A stretch of 41,271 nt of DNA from a virus (IMGVR_UViG_3300005611_000068:1-41271); one strand, 5' to 3'. Shown: positions 9,579-18,175, numbered from the stretch's first letter. A program made the numbers and translations. Notes: generated by a model from the letters alone, not told the origin.

Positions 9579-9769
9579 TGCGCTTTCTCCCAGCGTTTAA
9601 GCAGGTCTAAAATTTCGTTTTCAGCAAAGGTCAGACCCGAAACCTCGCCAACGAGCTGCTTATATTGGTCCCAATCACTGACACCACCATAAGACAGTTT
9701 TTCTGTAATCTGGGATCTACGACCCCGGATTTGCTTTAACAAGTACTCCGATATATCGAGAGTATCCAT
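9575..9769 (-). CDS. Hypothetical protein
   Basis: 64 aa, DWDQYKQLVGEVSGL helix typical of gene upstream of phage groES; ATGA overlap. Confidence 0.65.
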   Translation of the reverse strand: MDTLDISEYLLKQIRGRRSQITEKLSYGGVSDWDQYKQLVGEVSGLTFAENEILDLLKRWEKAQ

Positions 9770-9772
9770 AAA

Positions 9773-9997
9773 TTATTTCTTGTACTTTCCGCCTCTAGAG
9801 GCTTTACCCATACCCCGGCATTTACCAACCATGCCGCCGTCCTTGTAACCTTTCTTCTTTACCATGCCACCGCACTTATAGCCTTTCTTTTTCATCGTGG
9901 TCTCCTTTTTAGGAACACAGTTTGGAACTTTACGCCCGTCTTTTTCTTTCATGCCAATGGCTTCGTAACCTTCCCAGCATGGAGTTTTCTTAGCCAT
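9773..9997 (-). CDS. Small basic protein with CWxGY...VPNCVP and KKKGYKxGGMV repeats
   Basis: 74 aa, Lys-rich, start MAKKTPCW. Confidence 0.6.
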   Translation of the reverse strand: MAKKTPCWEGYEAIGMKEKDGRKVPNCVPKKETTMKKKGYKCGGMVKKKGYKDGGMVGKCRGMGKASRGGKYKK

Positions 9998-9999
9998 GA

Positions 10000-10629
10000 T
10001 TAGAACCAATAATCGTTAGGGTTGGTTGCGGCCAGCGGAGCATAGCCTGCATTGATCGGTGGAGTGTACTGCTGCTTAACCAACGGATTGGTTGAATACT
10101 GTCCCTGCAGATTCTGATAGGCCAACTCTTGCTGAGTCTGTGCACGTGGATCCGTTGTAACCTGTGCGTTAGGTGCTTGTCTAACGATCCCAAACAATGC
10201 ACCAAACGGTCCCGGTAAACTACCGATCCCTTGTTGGGCTTTCAATGAATTCATGCGGCTCATTAAGTCCGCACGTTGACCCGACCAACCAGAAGCCAGT
10301 CGTGCGCTTTCCAACGCTTGATTACGATCAAACTGCGACTTATCATAGTTGTACTGGTTCAGATTATTCATGTAATCCGTATACGCCGGATTATAAACAT
10401 CCATCATCGGGGTCTCTTTAAATTTAACCCCCGGAATGCTGGCTACACCCTGCTCTTTACGAATCGTTTTTGCAACCTCTTGCGGAGCCTGACGATTCCA
10501 TGTCATTTGAGCGGTCGGAGTTTCTGTACCTAGCGCGTCATACTGACGCTGAAGGTCCGCAATCTGCTGCTGGTTTGCAGCCTGATCGAAAGTATTTTGA
10601 ACTTCTGCACTTCCGAAGAACTTACCCAT
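10000..10629 (-). CDS. Hypothetical Gln/Asn-rich protein (possible internal virion protein)
   Basis: 209 aa ORF overlapping portal stop. Confidence 0.55.
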   Translation of the reverse strand: MGKFFGSAEVQNTFDQAANQQQIADLQRQYDALGTETPTAQMTWNRQAPQEVAKTIRKEQGVASIPGVKFKETPMMDVYNPAYTDYMNNLNQYNYDKSQFDRNQALESARLASGWSGQRADLMSRMNSLKAQQGIGSLPGPFGALFGIVRQAPNAQVTTDPRAQTQQELAYQNLQGQYSTNPLVKQQYTPPINAGYAPLAATNPNDYWF

Positions 10630-13135
10630 TGTTCATGCCCCTTGAGCGTGCAACTTCCTTCTGCAAGTCTGCATAGGTCTTCTGACGAGCAGTCTCTGCA
10701 TTCAGGAAGGCAGCTTCACGATTCTGCGCGATGCGCTGTTCATTCATTACAACATCGAGATCCATCTCACGCTGCTTTTGCATTGTTTGCATGCGAGCCT
10801 TCTCGAGATCCACCATAACACGAGCGTTGTTATCCTGAGACTTCTGCGCTTCGGTCTGCATCTTAATCTGCATTTCCTTATCGTGCATTTGCATCATCGG
10901 ATCGGGCTGCGGCGGCGGAGTAATCTGCTGAACCACCTGCGCAAGCATTTGTGACTCAACCTGTGCCATACGCACTTGCATTTGTTGCATCAGTTGCTGC
11001 TGCGCTTGCGGTGGAACCTGACCACCCATTTGCTGCATCATTTGCTGCATTTCCATCTCAACCTGCTCTTGCGCCATAAGATTGAGATGGCTCATCACAC
11101 CGTTGATACCGTTCATATAAAACTCTGGCATCCCCTGAATCATCGGATGCATAATGAAACCGATGAGCGCAGCGATGTGCGCCATGTGGTCTTGACCAGG
11201 GAACGCTTCAACTTTACTGTTTTGCAGTATGTCCTGAATCTGCTGCGCAGGTGTACGCGGCTCCGGAGTTTTCTTAGGTTTAAGTAGCCCTTCGATATTC
11301 TTAACTTCAAGCGCTTCGTACATACGACGATACGCTTCACGGAGATCATGAATTTCCGGTGCGGCTTGTGCCATCTGCAACTGCTGCTGAGCCATCATCA
11401 CACGCTGACTCATGCTAAAGATATTCGGATCACTAACCGGAAGAATATCCACCCGATCATCAAAGTCTGCACGAATGACTCTTACATCACCGCCACCAAC
11501 TTCATAAGGATATTCCGGTACGGTATCACCGAAGACTCGCGCAAGTAATTGGAACTCTTTTTTCTGGGCGTAATGCAACCGCTTATGAATCGCGGACATT
11601 ACCTTTGTACCACGTTCAAGCAATGCAAGTGTAGTACCTACAGGATTCTGCTGTGAACCGGTTTCGGATACAGCCATGTCTGCAATCGCAGCAAACCGAC
11701 GACCAGATTCAACAAGCATACCCAAAAGCTGAAAGAGTACGCCACTCGGTTCTTTATATGGAAGAGGCATGAGCGAATCACGAAGCGAACCACCCGGTGC
11801 ATCAACATCACGCCACTCGCCCGGAGCGATCGGCTCTTCTTCATTCGACACACGCAAACCACGTGCCTTGAAACCTGCAGGAAGATTACTCAACGTGCCC
11901 GCATCTACAAGCTGACGAAGAATCGAAGTAGCAGACTTCGAAAGACCACCGATCATATGGATTAAGCCGAAGCCGTAGAATCCAAGACCCGGTAAGAATT
12001 TATACTGTACGAAATAATCCTTCTTGAGCTTACGCGGATCGTTTTCATTCCAGTTACGACGGATCGCAAGAATCTGCTGCGTATCCTCAACAATCGTTAC
12101 GATATACGGAAGCGCAATACCGGTCGGCTCCCCCGTTTCCTGATGCAAATCTTCAAAGCCAGGAATATCAAGGTCCACGTGCATTTCAAGCAACGTGTAC
12201 ATCTCATTACCCACGCGTGATGGCGTTGTACCCTGAAGCTCGTTAATCTTTTCATCTAACGCGGACTCTGATTTTTCAGACGCTGGACCCTTGAGATCCA
12301 TGTCTTTATAAAAACCATAAACCTGCTGGCGACGAAGATCGTTTTCCGAAACGTTTACAACATGCGTAATACGCGCCGCAGTGCGTAAATCGGTTGCTGC
12401 ATAATTTACAACCAAGTCTTCTGCAGTAATAAACTTCGATACTGCCCGCTCATAGGTCTCGTCGTAATAAACTTTCTTAAACGCTGAACCACTCAGCGGT
12501 AGATAAAAGAGCATTTGATCCAACTCCGGATCGTACTCTTCCATTACATGCATGATCTGGTAGTTCATAAACTCCTTCACACGCGCTGCTTGATCCGATA
12601 ACCGTTGACCTAACGGCTGTTCAGCTGCTTTCGGATCTGAAGGAATCGCCACATCCTGACCAACGACCTTTACATTAACTGGACCGTTAGCGGGAAGGAG
12701 TTCTTTATACGCTTGCGCTTGAAACTGCGTTGCAGCTTCCGCGAGCAACGGATGGTGGACCCCGGTCGCTCCTTCAAACGGCTCGGTGCGCTCTTCGTTT
12801 TCCGTACCCAACAACGACAAGCCTTCTGCAAAAGATTGCAGCCAATCGGCCCGTGACTCCTTGTCTTCCTCAAAAAGATCGATCAGCTCCGCCGCTAACG
12901 GTTCGAGCAAGTCATCATCAAGGTATTCCGCAAGGTTATCGTTGTGTGGAACTTCTTCTGGCATCATGCCGGTTGCAGGATCGAAATCTACGATCATTCC
13001 ACCATCCATGTCCTCTAGAAACTCAACACCTTCCGGAGGGAGTGGACCATCGCCCATGGCCAACTCAATTTCAGCGGCCTGCATTAGTTCTTCCTCAGTA
13101 GGAGGAACGATTTCAATCGCGGAATCTACAGCCAT
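10622..13135 (-). CDS. Portal protein
   Basis: 837 aa; PFEGAxGVxHPLLAEAATQFQA, LPLSGSAFKKVY, FLPGLGFYGFGL; Q/M-rich helical tail; next to terL. Confidence 0.85.
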   Translation of the reverse strand: MAVDSAIEIVPPTEEELMQAAEIELAMGDGPLPPEGVEFLEDMDGGMIVDFDPATGMMPEEVPHNDNLAEYLDDDLLEPLAAELIDLFEEDKESRADWLQSFAEGLSLLGTENEERTEPFEGATGVHHPLLAEAATQFQAQAYKELLPANGPVNVKVVGQDVAIPSDPKAAEQPLGQRLSDQAARVKEFMNYQIMHVMEEYDPELDQMLFYLPLSGSAFKKVYYDETYERAVSKFITAEDLVVNYAATDLRTAARITHVVNVSENDLRRQQVYGFYKDMDLKGPASEKSESALDEKINELQGTTPSRVGNEMYTLLEMHVDLDIPGFEDLHQETGEPTGIALPYIVTIVEDTQQILAIRRNWNENDPRKLKKDYFVQYKFLPGLGFYGFGLIHMIGGLSKSATSILRQLVDAGTLSNLPAGFKARGLRVSNEEEPIAPGEWRDVDAPGGSLRDSLMPLPYKEPSGVLFQLLGMLVESGRRFAAIADMAVSETGSQQNPVGTTLALLERGTKVMSAIHKRLHYAQKKEFQLLARVFGDTVPEYPYEVGGGDVRVIRADFDDRVDILPVSDPNIFSMSQRVMMAQQQLQMAQAAPEIHDLREAYRRMYEALEVKNIEGLLKPKKTPEPRTPAQQIQDILQNSKVEAFPGQDHMAHIAALIGFIMHPMIQGMPEFYMNGINGVMSHLNLMAQEQVEMEMQQMMQQMGGQVPPQAQQQLMQQMQVRMAQVESQMLAQVVQQITPPPQPDPMMQMHDKEMQIKMQTEAQKSQDNNARVMVDLEKARMQTMQKQREMDLDVVMNEQRIAQNREAAFLNAETARQKTYADLQKEVARSRGMNNG

Positions 13136-13180
13136 CGGCTTGCCCTCATAAAAACTGGCCTAACTCTAAACGCAAGCGGC

Positions 13181-14770
13181 TCAATAGTAAACTCTGCGAC
13201 GATAACGGCGGCCTACCACCTCTTCTTCGTAATCGTCCTTAAGTTTCAAGAACCCCCCTTGACGGAAGCGAATAAGGGCTTGCGTCATGGAGTCCACCAA
13301 ATCGTCATGCTCACCGTTTGGAAACGCAGCACATTCATCCCGCATCTCATGTGCCCACGGTTCGTCGGGCATCCACACAAAACCCGATTCAAACATACTC
13401 GTGACCGCATTGACACGGGCATGCTTATCTTGACCCTTGGAAGGACTGTAATTTTGGACCGGAATACCGGTTGCACGAAGCTCTTGTGTCAACGGTAAAC
13501 CTGATGCTTTCCCTTCGATTATCACGGTATCCGGTTGCCAGTAATCATACAGCCTAAACGCCTCACGTTTCAAATCTGGAAACTCAAAACGCCCTTTTAC
13601 CGAATCCAACAAGATAATGTGCGCTGCATGGCCGTCAAACAGCTCGTCACCAATGCGCCCCTCCGGATAGAACACACCCCACGTCGTTATCGCCGAATAG
13701 TCCGCCGTTTCCTTCTTCAAAAACGCCGTATCGTAACTTTGAATAATATAATCACAACTCGGTATTGTGTCCTTGGTCCAAAGTTTCCACCAACCGGGCT
13801 TGATTAACGCCGCTTCTTCCGAAACCGGCTGCTGCATATACTGCGCATGCCATTTCGGGCCGGTATGCAACGAAGCCTTTACCGCCTCAAGCTCCTCCAG
13901 CTTCCAAAACTCTGGCCAAAGGGGTTTACCTGACGGTAAAATAGCCGGAAACTCAATCACCTCCCACTGATCCGCTTTTGGATTCTTCGCAGCCTCTTTC
14001 AGCAGTCTGCCCGTTAGATCATTCAATCCCCACCGCGTCATTACAATGACAATCGCACCCCCCGGCTGCAAACGCTGTCGAGGCCCCGATTCATACCAGT
14101 CATAGGCCTCATCCATCGCCGTTCGGCTTTTGTAATCCTGCTCCGAATGCGGATCGTCAATAATGAACAAATCAGCACCACGGCCCGCGACCGCACCACC
14201 AATACCCACCGCAAAATACTCCCCTCGCAATCCACCCTTAGACGGCAACGTCTCCCACTTACCCGCCGCCTGACTGTCCGGGTTCAATCGCGTATCCGGA
14301 AATAACTCCGTATACTCCTCCGAGGCCACCAAATCACGGACCTTACGACCAAAACGGACCGCAAGCTCGCCCGTATGCGTCGCCTGAATAATCTTCAAAT
14401 CCGGCTTATGCCCGATCAAATATCCGGGTAACAAGAACGACGCAAACTCTGACTTGGTATGTCGCGGCGGCATATTGATAATCAACCGCTTTAACTCGCC
14501 ACGTCTAACCCGCTCAAATGCATCCGCCATAATCTTGTGATGCCGTCCCGCAATAAACTGCGGCCACATCGCACGCACAAAACTCAAAAAATCTCCTCGC
14601 CGCTGCTCCGTTTGCTCAAGGTTCAAAAGCCTCTCTTGCAACAACAAATACTCACGCGCCTCTTCCTCCGTCATCCCCGCCAATACACGTGGATCCAGAT
14701 TGATCTTCGAAGAAACGCTCAACGTATCACTGAGCCGTGGGTCTTGGTCCGTCTTTCGCTTTCTGGCCAT
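13181..14770 (-). CDS. terL: Terminase large subunit
   Basis: Walker A variant NMPPRHTKS, IIDDP, VMTRW, nuclease SYDTA...IEGKASG...HDDLVDS; start uncertain (track start 14887). Confidence 0.92.
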   Translation of the reverse strand: MARKRKTDQDPRLSDTLSVSSKINLDPRVLAGMTEEEAREYLLLQERLLNLEQTEQRRGDFLSFVRAMWPQFIAGRHHKIMADAFERVRRGELKRLIINMPPRHTKSEFASFLLPGYLIGHKPDLKIIQATHTGELAVRFGRKVRDLVASEEYTELFPDTRLNPDSQAAGKWETLPSKGGLRGEYFAVGIGGAVAGRGADLFIIDDPHSEQDYKSRTAMDEAYDWYESGPRQRLQPGGAIVIVMTRWGLNDLTGRLLKEAAKNPKADQWEVIEFPAILPSGKPLWPEFWKLEELEAVKASLHTGPKWHAQYMQQPVSEEAALIKPGWWKLWTKDTIPSCDYIIQSYDTAFLKKETADYSAITTWGVFYPEGRIGDELFDGHAAHIILLDSVKGRFEFPDLKREAFRLYDYWQPDTVIIEGKASGLPLTQELRATGIPVQNYSPSKGQDKHARVNAVTSMFESGFVWMPDEPWAHEMRDECAAFPNGEHDDLVDSMTQALIRFRQGGFLKLKDDYEEEVVGRRYRRRVYY

Positions 14771-15037
14771 AAAGGTGCAAGGTCCGTGATGTAAGTTCCT
14801 TGTACCACGAATCTTGGGGCCAAAAAGAAATCCTGTAAAGGGTCTGCGCAACGCGCTTTGTGCACGGCACATGGTGACGCCACCCAAGACGACGAGAGAT
14901 ATTCAAGAAACAGGGTCCAAGGAAGGTGGAGAGGGGTCCGTGGACCGTGGGTCAAAAGGGGAGTCGAGTGGTTCGGGGAAAGTGGTTTAGAGGGAAAAAT
15001 TTTGCAAAAAATTTCGGGGGACGTGGATCGTGATTAA

Positions 15038-15087
15038 GGGGTGGGTGGGCGGGGCGGGACCCGCGCCCATTAAGGGGGGTAGGGGGG
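15038..15087 (+). repeat. G-tract cluster (G-quadruplex-capable)
   Basis: GGGGTGGGTGGGCGGGGCGGG and GGGGGGTAGGGGGG. Confidence 0.7.
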
Positions 15088-15154
15088 CTGTTTGTCAAGC
15101 TAGTATTATTTATGGCTTATAAAAACATTAAGGGTAACTAACCTACTAGCCTAC

Positions 15155-15182
15155 TTGCCTACTAGCCTAGTTAGTGTATAGT
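15155..15182 (+). promoter_or_regulatory. Putative promoter TTGCCT-16-TATAGT
   Basis: Followed by hairpin (GTTAGGC/GCCTAAC) and TAAGGAG RBS. Confidence 0.5.
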
Positions 15183-15238
15183 TACAGGTGTTAGGCAATG
15201 GCCTAACTTGTTCTCTAACTTAATAAGGAGCTAATATT

Positions 15239-15565
15239 ATGGCAACTACTAAACTAGCCATGCCGCAAGGTGGCCGTAACTCAGCCGCTAAAACTTGGCA
15301 GCTAACGGAAGCAGGGCTAAACGCCTATAAAGCGGGTAACATTAAGGGCCAGCAAGCTGTTATCGTTTACGCGCTAGCCGAGTTAGGCAATAAAGCTACC
15401 ACTACTGATATAGTGGCTAAGGTAGATGAATTGCGCGCTGCCGATAAAGGCATAGATGCTATCATGGCGGGTCGCGAGGACCAAGGCACTACTACCGTAG
15501 TTTCACACTACGCTGGTAAATCAACTACCATACGCCGTAAGGGTTATGTTACGGATGTAGCATAA
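15239..15565 (+). CDS. Small basic wHTH-like protein, paralog A
   Basis: TAAGGAG RBS; clear similarity to 15956-16279 (NSAAKxW, GQQxVIxxALAxLG, TDIV, IMAG, DQGTT). Confidence 0.8.
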   Translation: MATTKLAMPQGGRNSAAKTWQLTEAGLNAYKAGNIKGQQAVIVYALAELGNKATTTDIVAKVDELRAADKGIDAIMAGREDQGTTTVVSHYAGKSTTIRRKGYVTDVA

Positions 15566-15654
15566 TGGTAGCACTAGCAGGGCTAACTACCCTGCTAGTG
15601 TTAAGGCGTTTCGGTTACGCCGCACTAGCAGTAATACTACTACTTTTCCTCTAA
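15565..15654 (+). CDS. Possible 29-aa hydrophobic peptide
   Basis: TAATG coupling; MVALAGLTTLLVLRRFGYAALAVILLLFL; ends just before terminator. Confidence 0.4.
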   Translation: MVALAGLTTLLVLRRFGYAALAVILLLFL

Positions 15655-15661
15655 CCTATCG

Positions 15662-15687
15662 CCCCGCCTCGTGCGGGGTTTCTTTTT
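15662..15687 (+). terminator. Intrinsic terminator
   Basis: CCCCGC-CTCGT-GCGGGG followed by T-rich tail. Confidence 0.8.
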
Positions 15688-15744
15688 GTCCTGTGCTATC
15701 CCTCCGTCCGCGTTGTATCGCTAATCCCTCCGTCCGTGTATGTT

Positions 15745-15788
15745 GGGTGGGTGGGTGGGCGGGGCCGCAGGGCGGGAGGGAGGGAGGG
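15745..15788 (+). repeat. G-tract cluster (G-quadruplex-capable)
   Basis: (GGGT)3GGGCGGGG...GGGCGGGAGGGAGGGAGGG; shares 17 bp with 15039-15055. Confidence 0.7.
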
Positions 15789-15870
15789 CCGACCGACCGA
15801 GGCTCGACCTTCGACCGACCGCGTCCCTCCGTCCGTCGCGACCGATCGAAAAAATCTTTTGCCTTTGGGG

Positions 15871-15938
15871 TTTACTTCGGGCAAAGTGTGCGCTATAGTT
15901 TACTTGTTCGGGGGGTTCCCGAACCTAGAAAGTAATAG
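15871..15938 (+). promoter_or_regulatory. Promoter TTTACT-17-TATAGT with hairpin and TAGAAAG box
   Basis: GTTCGGG/CCCGAAC hairpin then TAGAAAGTAATAG. Confidence 0.7.
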
Positions 15939-15955
15939 CAAACATGGAGTTCACT

Positions 15956-16279
15956 ATGAACGCAAAACTGAAAGCTCTGGCCTCCGCGCCTGTGTCCCGT
16001 GCCTCTAACTCTGCCGCTAAAGTGTGGAAGATCACGGATCTTGGTATCGAAACTGGCGCATCCGTCGGTGGTCAACAAGGTGTGATCCTTCGTGCGCTGG
16101 CCGCGCTTGGGGGTGAAGCTTCCAGTACGGATATCGTCTCAAAGATTGACGAAATGCGTGCGGAAGACGCCACGGTGGATAGCATCATGGCTGGAAAAGC
16201 GGATCAAGGGACCACAAGCATCGTGGCCCACTATTCAAGTCCCAAAGCTGGACTTCGCAAAAAAGGTCTAGTGGAATAA
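15956..16279 (+). CDS. Small basic wHTH-like protein, paralog B
   Basis: GGAG RBS before MNAKL; paralog of 15239-15565. Confidence 0.8.
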   Translation: MNAKLKALASAPVSRASNSAAKVWKITDLGIETGASVGGQQGVILRALAALGGEASSTDIVSKIDEMRAEDATVDSIMAGKADQGTTSIVAHYSSPKAGLRKKGLVE

Positions 16280-16288
16280 GGACCTTGG

Positions 16289-16315
16289 ATCCCCGCCACT
16301 CGGCGGGGATTTTTT
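16289..16315 (+). terminator. Intrinsic terminator
   Basis: ATCCCCGCC/GGCGGGGAT + T run, between convergent genes. Confidence 0.8.
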
Positions 16316-16322
16316 GGACCTA

Positions 16323-17072
16323 TTACGGGGAAAGAGGGAGGGACTTACGAGTCTCGCGCTCCGCGCTCTCCGGTGTTATGTCAATGATCCGTTTCTCTTG
16401 CATTTCGACCAGGCGTGCAACGATCTCTTCCTTGGACATCGAGTCAACTCGATTGAGCGTGATCTCTCGCTTGTCGACATAGAGTCCAGCCGCCTTACCC
16501 CTCGCGACCTCCGCCGTAATCGCTGCTGAGAACTGTCCGTTGTCGACTGCCTTCTCGCGTAGTCGAGCCAGCTCGATCAAGTGTCCTTCAAGAGTGGTGT
16601 TCGCGCGATGGATCTCCTCGTCACGAAGATCGACCAGTCGATTATGCATCACAGGGTTCGTGAGAATCTTCTCTCGGACCTTGATGTAAATGGCCCCTCG
16701 ACTCGGTCCCTCTATCCCTGCTTGAATGGCTGCTTGGATGATGGTCATTCGTTCCGTGATATAGAAATCACAAAACGCTTCCTCTCGGTCCGTGAGCAGT
16801 GGCCAATATTTACCCTGCGCATCGTGGTAGCCCGTGAGCTCTCGCTCGCCGACCTCGTTCATGCGACCAAAAGAGGGTTCGAGTGGTATGCGCTGCAACT
16901 GGTGTCGAATGTCCTCTTCACGATCTCCGTACTCCTTGGTTAAGGACGAGAGGTCCTTTTCTAGAGTCTTCAACTCCTTCCTTCGCTCCTTCTGGTCCTC
17001 GGAGGATCGAGCGGGGATGTCCATCGGGTCACGTTTGACGAATTCAAAATGTGTGGGGTGCTTAGGTGCCAT
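16323..17072 (-). CDS. terS: Terminase small subunit (putative)
   Basis: LTDREEAFCxxY...AAIQAG HTH and FSAAITAEVARGKAAGLYVDK motif; near terL. Confidence 0.7.
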   Translation of the reverse strand: MAPKHPTHFEFVKRDPMDIPARSSEDQKERRKELKTLEKDLSSLTKEYGDREEDIRHQLQRIPLEPSFGRMNEVGERELTGYHDAQGKYWPLLTDREEAFCDFYITERMTIIQAAIQAGIEGPSRGAIYIKVREKILTNPVMHNRLVDLRDEEIHRANTTLEGHLIELARLREKAVDNGQFSAAITAEVARGKAAGLYVDKREITLNRVDSMSKEEIVARLVEMQEKRIIDITPESAERETRKSLPLSP

Positions 17073-17168
17073 GAGCGTCCTCCTGCGGTGCGTGGGTCTA
17101 GCCCTACGGTGGGGGATCGGTGGACCGAGGATCGCTTACCAGCGACCTCGACACGCGATTCAGGACGC

Positions 17169-17197
17169 ATAGTAATTTTAGAACAGGATTTAGTAAA
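17169..17197 (-). promoter_or_regulatory. Putative promoter TTTACT-17-TACTAT for terS
   Basis: Same hexamers as at 9092-9121. Confidence 0.45.
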
Positions 17198-17279
17198 GAA
17201 ATACTAAAAACGAGATTCCTTAGGGTCTAGGGGATCATTAGTTCCACTTATGTTTCAACACTCTTTTGCTCCAAGGTCC

Positions 17280-17630
17280 AAGTTCCACGTACCTATTAAA
17301 ACTCTAATAGATCTATTGTTTCCAAAACCCGTTTCAATAGACCGAAAACCCTCTATCCCATTGGATTCTCCTCTACTTCTATTACTCTATTACTTTTCCT
17401 AGCCACTTTACGAAAAAACTTTTTTCGGATCCCCAGATTTTTTAATAAAGTAATAGACTCAACCAACCACTTCTATGCGCCGTGGTCCAAGTCCCTCTAT
17501 CCCACCCCAATACTTTCGAGGACTTACGCTAAAATCCCTCCTTCTAAAGGCAAGGCAAACGCCCTTTTTTGCACTATTACTTTCCTATTACTTATTGTTT
17601 CCGACACCCCTGTTTCAATAGCATTCCCGT
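17280..17630. repeat. AT-rich non-coding region with CTATTA/TAATAG repeats (origin-like, copy L)
   Basis: No ORF; multiple CTATT/AATAG boxes; inverted homology to 36880-37030. Confidence 0.65.
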
Positions 17631-17744
17631 ACTTCCGCTAGGGTTATCCACCCGCGCAATCAACCCTTCTGATCATGCCTCCTCATAAGTAATTACAATC
17701 ACTGAAAATTCTAATCTTCGTCCCTCCTTGCCTTAACCGGACAC

Positions 17745-17766
17745 AAAAAAGCCCGCCGAAGCGGGC
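17745..17766 (-). terminator. Intrinsic terminator ending early gene cluster
   Basis: GCCCGC-TTCG-GCGGGC-T6 on - strand. Confidence 0.85.
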
Positions 17767-17803
17767 AATGTTTCCCTTTGCGGGAAGGGTAGGAGCTAAC
17801 TAC

Positions 17804-18175
17804 TCAATCCATTCTTGTGACGAAATGCCCATCGCTGGTGGGAATGGCTACGATCCCATAGTCATACTGAAAGTATTTTCCAGCGGGTGTTTGTATAAGA
17901 GCGATCGGGGGCATCGGTGAGTCGTCCTCGTACTTACTTTGGTAAACCCCATCCTCGGCTACCGTGCCACCGTCGATTTCGATCAGGGGGTCTCCGTAGG
18001 CTTGTTCCATGAACGCTTTAAGGTCTTGGTCCATGCCGTCTTCAGACGCCGAGATCCAATCGTTGACCCAGTAGGGTAGTACGCCGAGTGCTTCGCAAAG
18101 GTGCCGTGGTTCAGCGGCCTTGAAGCTCTTGGTTGGGTCGAGTATCACTTCTTGAAAACAGTTTGAAGGTGTCAT
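17804..18175 (-). CDS. Hypothetical early protein
   Basis: 123 aa acidic, C-terminal YDYGIVAI...VTRMD; GGAG RBS. Confidence 0.7.
   Translation of the reverse strand: MTPSNCFQEVILDPTKSFKAAEPRHLCEALGVLPYWVNDWISASEDGMDQDLKAFMEQAYGDPLIEIDGGTVAEDGVYQSKYEDDSPMPPIALIQTPAGKYFQYDYGIVAIPTSDGHFVTRMD

Noticed and set aside
14771-14887. N-terminal extension of terL in the ORF track
   Set aside because: Reads like translated regulatory repeats. A later start is more plausible.
15693-16078. Several short ORFs over the G-rich tract
   Set aside because: Low-complexity translations overlapping a clear promoter and repeats.
17281-17630. CRISPR-like array
   Set aside because: Repeats are short, irregularly spaced and in both orientations, and there are no cas genes.
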